DNA of 61,822 nucleotides from a virus (lineage: Duplodnaviria; Caudoviricetes), in the IMG/VR virus record IMGVR_UViG_3300036832_000756, positions 1-61,822 of that record. One strand, 5' to 3'. The translations under genes were made by a program, and so were the position numbers. Numbering within the stretch: the first letter of the stretch is position 1; the number at the start of each line of letters is the position of its first letter. Shown here one piece after another: positions 55,986-61,822 of this stretch. The notes beneath the pieces were generated by a model that saw only the letters and a list, made by a program, of their open reading frames with translations, was not told the origin of the DNA and made no database searches.

Positions 55986-55995
55986 CTGTGGTGGA

Positions 55996-57084
55996 TCAGG
56001 CTGCCTTCTTGGCAGCCGCCTTCTGGGCGGCAGCAGCCTTCCTGTCCTTCTCCAGGCCGTCGAGCCGCCTCTTCTCGGCACCGACGCCCCGGTTGAAGGC
56101 CGTCTTGGCGAGGACGAGGGGCTTGCCCTCCGCCGCCGCCGCCTTCTTCATGTTCGCGACCCAGGCCCGGTGGACCTCGGCGTGAGTGGCCCGGGTGTTG
56201 ACGAACTTCGTCTTGCCCGCCCGGGTCTGGACCATGCACCGACGACCGAGGAGCTCGGAGTAGAACTCCAGGTCCTGGTCCGCCTGGTTCACCATGAGCA
56301 GGCTGTCGAGGAACTGGTAGCGATCCTCGAGGGTCTCGTTCTGGGAAGCTTCCCCGTCTTCGAGCCTGACCTTGTAGGCCCTGCGGTCGTTGGCCGTGAC
56401 CTCCTCGGCTACCTGCGCGGTCTCGATCCCCGTCTCCTGAACCTCCTGCGAAGCAGCAGCCTCCTCGGCTCGGGCCCGCTCGGCCTCCGCCTCCAAGACC
56501 CTGACCTCCGCCTCGGCTTCGGCCTTGCGGGCCTCGGCACGGCGACGACGGTCCTGCTTGGCCTCGAGGTCGAAGACCTTCTCCTCGAGCTCCCGGATCT
56601 TGGCCTCGGCCGCGGACTCCACGTCCTCCTCGACCTCATCGACGTACGTCTCATCGAGGCGGACCTTGACCGGCCGCCGGTTCCAGAGCCAGGCGATGCT
56701 GTACAGCAGGATCCCGGCCCCACCGATGGCGACCAGGACCGGCAGCAGCTTGGTCCCGAGCAGCCACCCGAGCGAGGCACTGGTGGCAGCCGCGAAGGGC
56801 TTGAGCACGTAGCGCTGACTGAACACTCGGCCGGGTTCGCTCCATGCCCAGGCCTTGGCGCTGAGCTTGAGAGTACGGTCGTACACCCACGACAGCGCAG
56901 CGATCTTGCCGACCCACTTCGTGGCCCGGACCATTCTGGAGCCCGCCTTCTTGGCGATCCCCATTGTTGCGATCCTGGCCTTTCTGGCCAGGAGTAATGC
57001 GTTGTCGGCAACCCGACGCAGACCGCTGACGACGCTCCGGAGGAACGTCTGGTCAGCGGCTGGAATGGCATATGTTGCAGCCAT
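55996..57084 (-). CDS. membrane-anchored coiled-coil protein
   Basis: GGAAGGGG RBS before MAATYAIP; TM segment LLPVLVAIGGAGILLYSIAWLW; E/A/R coiled coil. Confidence 0.75.
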   Translation of the reverse strand: MAATYAIPAADQTFLRSVVSGLRRVADNALLLARKARIATMGIAKKAGSRMVRATKWVGKIAALSWVYDRTLKLSAKAWAWSEPGRVFSQRYVLKPFAAATSASLGWLLGTKLLPVLVAIGGAGILLYSIAWLWNRRPVKVRLDETYVDEVEEDVESAAEAKIRELEEKVFDLEAKQDRRRRAEARKAEAEAEVRVLEAEAERARAEEAAASQEVQETGIETAQVAEEVTANDRRAYKVRLEDGEASQNETLEDRYQFLDSLLMVNQADQDLEFYSELLGRRCMVQTRAGKTKFVNTRATHAEVHRAWVANMKKAAAAEGKPLVLAKTAFNRGVGAEKRRLDGLEKDRKAAAAQKAAAKKAA

Positions 57085-57222
57085 TGGAATCAACCCCTTC
57101 CAAGGGTGATAGATGAGTAATGCATGACATTGCGCGCAGGATCTATGCAGATCCACCTCCGCAGAGGTGCCTCGCTATATGTCGTGGGTCTATGCAGACC
57201 CCGCCCGCAGGCTCCGGACATA

Positions 57223-57258
57223 CAAAAGCCCCGCCGACTCAGAGAGCCGACGGGGCTT
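57223..57258 (-). terminator. intrinsic terminator
   Basis: On the - strand AAGCCCCGTCGGCTC-TCT-GAGTCGGCGGGGCTT-TTGT, with G-U pairs. Confidence 0.75.
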
Positions 57259-57325
57259 AGCGAACGGGAGAGGTATCGAGCCTCACCCGTTCCGAGCGCA
57301 GGGCAGAGCCCGCGCTACTGAATGC

Positions 57326-57355
57326 AGTCTATCACAAGCACTACATCCACGTCTA
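57326..57355 (-). promoter_or_regulatory. leftward SigA-type promoter
   Basis: -35 TAGACG (57355-57350), 18-nt spacer, extended -10 TG-A-TAGACT (57331-57326). Confidence 0.6.
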
Positions 57356-57478
57356 TGGCCTGCTGTGCCGGGCTGTGTTGGCACGACCGCTCTACGCGGA
57401 GGACCTCGGTCCTGGCCTCACTGAGCTCGCAGGAGCCACACGAGGGGCTCCCTAGGAGCGACCCGGCACAGCAGGGGT

Positions 57479-57712
57479 CTAGGGGTCTGAGGTCAGACCT
57501 TCTGAGGGCTCTCGGACGGTGACGCCGGGGATCAGCAGCCGAGCGATCAGCTCCTGCACCTCCGGCGGGTAGAGATCCAGGTGGACCCCTACCGCATGGT
57601 CGGCGACAGCACGCTTGTCGATCGCCTCCAGGGCGTCGGCGATCCGGCCGGTGTTGACCGCGATCTGGTGGATGTGATGCCACATCTGCTGCTCTCCGAT
57701 AGTCACTCCCAT
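57479..57712 (-). CDS. hypothetical protein
   Basis: GAGGAGG RBS; 77 aa. Confidence 0.7.
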   Translation of the reverse strand: MGVTIGEQQMWHHIHQIAVNTGRIADALEAIDKRAVADHAVGVHLDLYPPEVQELIARLLIPGVTVREPSEGLTSDP

Positions 57713-57728
57713 GACTGCCTCCTCACCA

Positions 57729-57848
57729 TCAATCGAGTTTCTCGTACTCGCCCAGATCTCTCCGGGCCTTGGCGGTGAAGTAGGCCTCCATCGTCAGGCA
57801 GGTGATGACCGCGGTGCCGGCCGCGGTGAGGAGGGTCGAGAGCCACAT
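57729..57848 (-). CDS. small membrane peptide (39 aa)
   Basis: MWLSTLLTAAGTAVITCLTMEAYF...; TGATG coupling. Confidence 0.6.
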   Translation of the reverse strand: MWLSTLLTAAGTAVITCLTMEAYFTAKARRDLGEYEKLD

Positions 57849-58240
57849 CAGTACTCCGCTCCCCTCATCGCCCTGGCGTGCCGCTCCTCATCCTCGGCGC
57901 GGTGCGTCGGGCACAGGGTCTTGATCCAGTTGAAGGTGGCCCGCTGCTCCACGCCCTCGGTGGCACCACACCTCTCGCAGGTCTGGTCCGACTCCGCCTC
58001 GGCCTCGGAGATGGCCATGTGGAACGGGTCGGCCAGGATGTCCCCGGTGGTGGTGCCGGAGTTGGCGTAGTACCGCAGCCCGCCGAACTTCTCCTTGATC
58101 TGCAGGAGCTCGTAGTCCGGGTCGATCTCCAGCAGCCGCTGCTCCAGCCGGCGCACGAGGTCGTGCCAGCCGGTACCTACGTTGTTGATCCCCGTCATCA
58201 TGTTCGTGGGATCGATCTCAGATGGTCCTCGTAGACTCAT
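57848..58240 (-). CDS. conserved phage protein (QIKEKFGGLRYY family, C-terminal CxxC)
   Basis: GW..L...QIKEKFGGLRYY...SDQTCERCG...WIKTLC. Confidence 0.8.
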   Translation of the reverse strand: MSLRGPSEIDPTNMMTGINNVGTGWHDLVRRLEQRLLEIDPDYELLQIKEKFGGLRYYANSGTTTGDILADPFHMAISEAEAESDQTCERCGATEGVEQRATFNWIKTLCPTHRAEDEERHARAMRGAEY

Positions 58241-58598
58241 CGGCTTTCCCTTCCTTCCTAGTGAACAGCTCCCGGTAGGCACCGGGAGCGGCGGTCTGCA
58301 GGGCCTTCTTGGCCTGCGTGAGCTCGGTCGTGCGCTTGGTCAGCTCGGCTGCGATGCGCTGGATCTCGTCGGACAGCACCTGGTTCAGTGCCTCGTACAG
58401 GACAGGCACCTGGCTGTAGGGGATGACGATCTCCTTGACCGCGTAGCCGGTTCCGTGCGGCTCCTCCCAGGTGGCCAGCACGACCTCCCGGGCGGCCGGC
58501 CGGTCACGCAGGCCGGTGACCTCATGGGCATCGGCGGGGTTGAACCAGTCACCGGTCCTGGCCTTGGCCCGGACCGTGAGCGTCGGGTCGGTCATCAC
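58218..58598 (-). CDS. hypothetical protein
   Basis: 126 aa with C-terminal coiled coil; GGAGGG RBS. Confidence 0.68.
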   Translation of the reverse strand: MMTDPTLTVRAKARTGDWFNPADAHEVTGLRDRPAAREVVLATWEEPHGTGYAVKEIVIPYSQVPVLYEALNQVLSDEIQRIAAELTKRTTELTQAKKALQTAAPGAYRELFTRKEGKADESTRTI

Positions 58599-59104
58599 TC
58601 GCCCTCCTCGAACACCGAGTCAGGTGCTTCGAGAGCGGGCAGCGACGGACCACCGAGCTGGTCCAGCTCGATCAGGAGCTCGGCCCGGCGCTGCTCGTTC
58701 GCGAGCTCCAGGTCGTTCTCCAGCTTGGTCTGGCACGACTTGCAGTACATCTCGACCGGCTTCTCCTTCAGCCGCTTCGGGACGCCGTGCTTGGCATAGT
58801 AGGTGCTCATCCCGAACATCCCGAAGAAGCTGAAGACGCCGGCGAGCAGACCACCGATGCCAGACGCCCAGGCCGGGCTCACCTGGCTCCCGGACCACAG
58901 CACCATCGAGAGCGTGAACAGACACAGGGTGAGAACGCAGCCGAGGATCACTGCGCCCCAGGCGGACCAGAACAGCGCCGGACCCAGCCGGAACTGCCCG
59001 TTCCGCTTCTCCAGCACCCGAGCGGAGGAGATGCTTTCGTTCAGGACCTTGCCGTAGTAGTCCTGGACCTCGATGACATTGCCTTCGCGGTCGTAGATCT
59101 TCAT
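58595..59104 (-). CDS. two-TM membrane protein
   Basis: Two hydrophobic helices; CxxC. Confidence 0.7.
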   Translation of the reverse strand: MKIYDREGNVIEVQDYYGKVLNESISSARVLEKRNGQFRLGPALFWSAWGAVILGCVLTLCLFTLSMVLWSGSQVSPAWASGIGGLLAGVFSFFGMFGMSTYYAKHGVPKRLKEKPVEMYCKSCQTKLENDLELANEQRRAELLIELDQLGGPSLPALEAPDSVFEEGE

Positions 59105-59446
59105 TCAGTCCTCTTCCTTGGTGGGTAGTTCCAGCGAGATCAGGCGGGGCATCGGCTCGGGCCCGGTGTAGGTGACGCACCGACAGGTGGTGAGCACCGA
59201 CTTGGGCCCGAGCCGTCCGGGGTGGGTGTGCACCATGGTGTAGTGGCACCCCTCGGTGAAGTTGTGGAAGGAGTAGTGGTGCCCACAGCCGCACACCGCC
59301 TCCGGCTCTTCCAGGCTCTTCACCCGGAGGAGCAGCTGAGCGTTGGCGGCGCGGTAGGTCTCACCCCGTCCCAGAAGTAGCAGGCAGGTGAGCAGCAGCC
59401 CCAGGCTCAGGGCCGTGCTGACCCCTGCCCAGAGCTGCAGGGTCAT
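59105..59446 (-). CDS. membrane-anchored Cys/His-rich protein
   Basis: N-terminal TM; CGCGHHYSFH...C...CRCVTYTGP. Confidence 0.72.
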   Translation of the reverse strand: MTLQLWAGVSTALSLGLLLTCLLLLGRGETYRAANAQLLLRVKSLEEPEAVCGCGHHYSFHNFTEGCHYTMVHTHPGRLGPKSVLTTCRCVTYTGPEPMPRLISLELPTKEED

Positions 59447-59706
59447 CTGACGATCACGTCTCCGTCGGCATTGGCCCGGTAAGTGGTGTAGGTGTTCTCC
59501 GGGTCGGCCACGATGGCCTTCGCCGCCGCCAGCGCCATCGGGTGCGGCTCGTGGTGGTAGTCCAGCGGCGTGCGTACGGGCCTGGACGGGGCCTTCCTGG
59601 GCTTGCGGGGCGTGGTCTGGACCTTCCCCTCGGCGATGGCCTTCACGGCCCTCTCGTGCAGGCTGGCGGTCTTCTGGACCGCCCGTACTTCCTTGTCCTC
59701 AGACAT
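59443..59706 (-). CDS. hypothetical protein
   Basis: GGAAGGAG RBS before MSEDKE. Confidence 0.68.
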   Translation of the reverse strand: MSEDKEVRAVQKTASLHERAVKAIAEGKVQTTPRKPRKAPSRPVRTPLDYHHEPHPMALAAAKAIVADPENTYTTYRANADGDVIVR

Positions 59707-60007
59707 CGGTGACTCCTTCCGGTGAGTCGGGTACGGCGATGAACTCCAGGTCCTTCCCATGGGCCTGGAAGATCGCCTTCATGTGGATGAACAGCGAGCC
59801 CATGGCGTCGAGGCTGTCCTCGTAGCCATGAGTGACGATCCCCGCCCTCTCGTCGTCCTCGAGGAAGACGATGGTGCGGATCGGTGGGTGCTCCCCGGTC
59901 TCGGCCGCGAGGGCCTCGTCCAGGGCATCGGTCATCGTCTGGCACAGCGTGGTGAGCCGGTCGAACGGCTCGTTGCTCATGGCGGGCTCGGTGGGCTCGT
60001 CGGTCAC
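59699..60007 (-). CDS. hypothetical protein
   Basis: AAGGAGG RBS before GTG 60007. Confidence 0.68.
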   Translation of the reverse strand: MTDEPTEPAMSNEPFDRLTTLCQTMTDALDEALAAETGEHPPIRTIVFLEDDERAGIVTHGYEDSLDAMGSLFIHMKAIFQAHGKDLEFIAVPDSPEGVTDV

Positions 60008-60204
60008 GGGACTGCCTCCTTGCAAGTGGCCCGGTGGATCAGGTACAGCTGCCGTGCCAGGTAGGCATCGGCCTTGAGCCGCTGCAGCCGCCGGCGCTCC
60101 GGCGGGCTGGGGTGTCGGCTCTTGATGCGCATCTGAAGGTCACGGTGCTCACTGGTCGCGACGATCAGGTGACGCTTGAGGTCCTGACACTCCGTGCAGG
60201 TCAC
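60004..60204 (-). CDS. small Cys/His protein
   Basis: GTGA overlaps; CTEC...HRATC. Confidence 0.55.
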   Translation of the reverse strand: MTCTECQDLKRHLIVATSEHRDLQMRIKSRHPSPPERRRLQRLKADAYLARQLYLIHRATCKEAVP

Positions 60205-60419
60205 GAAGTCTCCGGGGTGGCGAAGAACGCCTTCAGCTCCGCGACGGCCTCGGGATCGGCGGTCGTGGGGATCGACAGCCCGGTGTACATCGGCTGGCCG
60301 CAGTTGCCGCAGAACAGGAACAGGTCGATCTCCCCCTCCTTCTCGATCATCTGCGGCGAGGAGAACTTGCTCGACCCGCAGTTCTCGCAGCTGACCACGC
60401 CGTTCTCGTCGATTCTCAT
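60201..60419 (-). CDS. zinc-ribbon protein
   Basis: CENCG...CGNCG; GGAAGGGA RBS. Confidence 0.68.
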   Translation of the reverse strand: MRIDENGVVSCENCGSSKFSSPQMIEKEGEIDLFLFCGNCGQPMYTGLSIPTTADPEAVAELKAFFATPETS

Positions 60420-60475
60420 TCCGTTCCCTTCCTGGTGGCTGGCATGATGGAGACTCATTCCCTTCCATGAGTGAC

Positions 60476-60514
60476 GCAGAGGCCCCGGAGCATGGTGAAC
60501 TCCGGGGCCTCTGC
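60476..60514. terminator. 15-bp stem hairpin
   Basis: GCAGAGGCCCCGGAG-9nt-CTCCGGGGCCTCTGC, intergenic. Confidence 0.65.
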
Positions 60515-60528
60515 GATGTGGTGACGAG

Positions 60529-60822
60529 CTAGGCAACCTCGTCTTGGGGTGGTGCCTTGTCCACGCAGTCACAGTCGTAGTGATCTGAGTAGATGTGCTG
60601 GGTGACCGGACGCTTGCCATCGGCATCCTCCGCGCCGTACGCCACCACGGTGAGCCTCGCGATGTGCCGCGAGCCCGGGACGGTCAGCAGCCTGGGGTCG
60701 ATGGCGATCCTCAGCATCCAGGCGTACTGCTTCATCGCCTCCTCGAGGTCGGTCGTCTCATTGGTGAAGACGCGACCACTGCAGAAGGTGATCCCCACCT
60801 CGAACTTCTCGGACCTGGCCAT
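60529..60822 (-). CDS. hypothetical protein
   Basis: GAAGGAGGG RBS before MARSEK. Confidence 0.68.
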   Translation of the reverse strand: MARSEKFEVGITFCSGRVFTNETTDLEEAMKQYAWMLRIAIDPRLLTVPGSRHIARLTVVAYGAEDADGKRPVTQHIYSDHYDCDCVDKAPPQDEVA

Positions 60823-60854
60823 GGTCCCCTCCTTCTTCTCGGTCCCGACCGGCC

Positions 60855-61226
60855 TCATCGCCAGTCCAGGATCTGGATGTAGCCATGATCGACTGCCGTG
60901 GGTGCGGGAGCCAGCGGCCGGTCTGGCGGACCGGTCAGACGGTTCCCGGAGTACCTCGAGCAGGTGATCGTGTAGTCACCCCAGACCACCGCATCCAGTT
61001 CGGTGGTCCGGTGCTCCTCACCTAGGACGGTGAGGAGCCTTGTCAGGGAGTCGGTAGACGGTGCCTCCCGACCCCTCTCGATGCCGTAGAGCATGGTCCG
61101 GCTGAAGCCGACTGCTCGTGCGACCTCGGCTCCCGAGAACCGGTGCTGGGTGCGCACCCCCCTGAGTAGCTCACCCAGCACGCGGTTGTCCTTGAGATGA
61201 CCAGCACCGACGTGCAGCGTGGTCAC
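60855..61226 (-). CDS. XRE-family HTH DNA-binding protein
   Basis: LRGVR..FSGAEVARAVGFSRTMLYGIERG..PS. Confidence 0.78.
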   Translation of the reverse strand: MTTLHVGAGHLKDNRVLGELLRGVRTQHRFSGAEVARAVGFSRTMLYGIERGREAPSTDSLTRLLTVLGEEHRTTELDAVVWGDYTITCSRYSGNRLTGPPDRPLAPAPTAVDHGYIQILDWR

Positions 61227-61636
61227 GAGTAGAACTCCTCGACCTTGGAGTCCAGGTGGTCCGTGTCGTCATCCTCGGCCTGGTGCCAGGCCAGCCAGTC
61301 GGAGAAGCCCAGGAGGGTCTCCTGCTGAACGACCTCCGCACGCCACAGAGCATGCTTGCCATGCTCGCGCTCCACGGTGTTCAGGAGAAACGCATGGCAG
61401 TCCGCATAGCCCTTCCGGTAGCCCGACCAGACGTTCTGCCGGGCGTCGTGCGGGACCTCGCGGACAGACCCGGACTTGGCCCGGCAGAGAGCACCGCCCC
61501 GGGCCCCGCAGTAGGGACACCACACGTCGAGCACGGTCGGGCCGGGCTCGGGTACCTCGGCTGCCTGGATGTCCGAGAGCTGCACGCCCTGGACACCGTA
61601 GAAGTCGGAGGCCTTGGGCTCCGGTGTCTCGTCCAT
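61223..61636 (-). CDS. zinc-finger protein
   Basis: CPYCGARGGALC...PHDAR motif; TGATG coupling. Confidence 0.68.
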   Translation of the reverse strand: MDETPEPKASDFYGVQGVQLSDIQAAEVPEPGPTVLDVWCPYCGARGGALCRAKSGSVREVPHDARQNVWSGYRKGYADCHAFLLNTVEREHGKHALWRAEVVQQETLLGFSDWLAWHQAEDDDTDHLDSKVEEFYS

Positions 61637-61818
61637 CAGCCCTCCCTGGTCCAGTCGTGGCACTTGCCGCAGTAGCCCTCGCGGGCGTCGTTGGGGTTCC
61701 ACGACTCCGCGCCGCAGCGCGGACAGGTGAACGACGGCTGCTCGGCGATGATCCGGTTCACCGCCTCCTGGGCACGACGAGCGCGGTCCAGGAAGGCCCG
61801 GAGCACACCCTCGTCCAT
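61636..61818 (-). CDS. small zinc-binding protein
   Basis: FTCPRCG...YCGKCH. Confidence 0.65.
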   Translation of the reverse strand: MDEGVLRAFLDRARRAQEAVNRIIAEQPSFTCPRCGAESWNPNDAREGYCGKCHDWTREG

Positions 61819-61822
61819 GTCG

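Noticed and set aside
57359-57475. tRNA, hammerhead or HDV-like ribozyme
   Set aside because: No GTTCRA T-loop, CCA end or CUGANGA/GAAA core; I could not build the HDV nested pseudoknot by eye.

Overview
This 61.8-kb, high-GC window is most of the genome of a tailed (siphovirus-type) actinobacteriophage. The WhiB gene, actinobacterial LexA boxes and leaderless TANNNT promoters point to that host group. The left arm (+) holds a compact DnaE polymerase, Cas4-like exonuclease, two EEP-family phosphoesterases, an RHH regulator with an operator array, RuvC, WhiB and a probable terminase small subunit. Tail-fibre/minor-tail genes and a lysis cassette then come unusually before the terminase large subunit. 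The head module follows (portal, 1237-aa putative internal protein, MuF, XkdF-type protease, scaffold, decoration protein, major capsid). Next come head-tail connectors, an EndoVII homing endonuclease, major tail, frameshifted tail chaperones, tape measure and baseplate genes. The right arm (-) carries early genes (ParB-like, AAA ATPase, many small ORFs) and two highly structured non-coding regions. No integrase, tRNA or CRISPR array was seen. The top finding is six dispersed, basic, mostly Gly/Ala-rich proteins that share a protein-level tag SAFG[VI][DE]H followed 2-4 residues later by a hydrophobic-x-Lys site. That site also saturates the scaffold. Together they suggest a capsid-targeting and protease-release cargo system. 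All product calls come from motif recognition by eye; no database searches were run.
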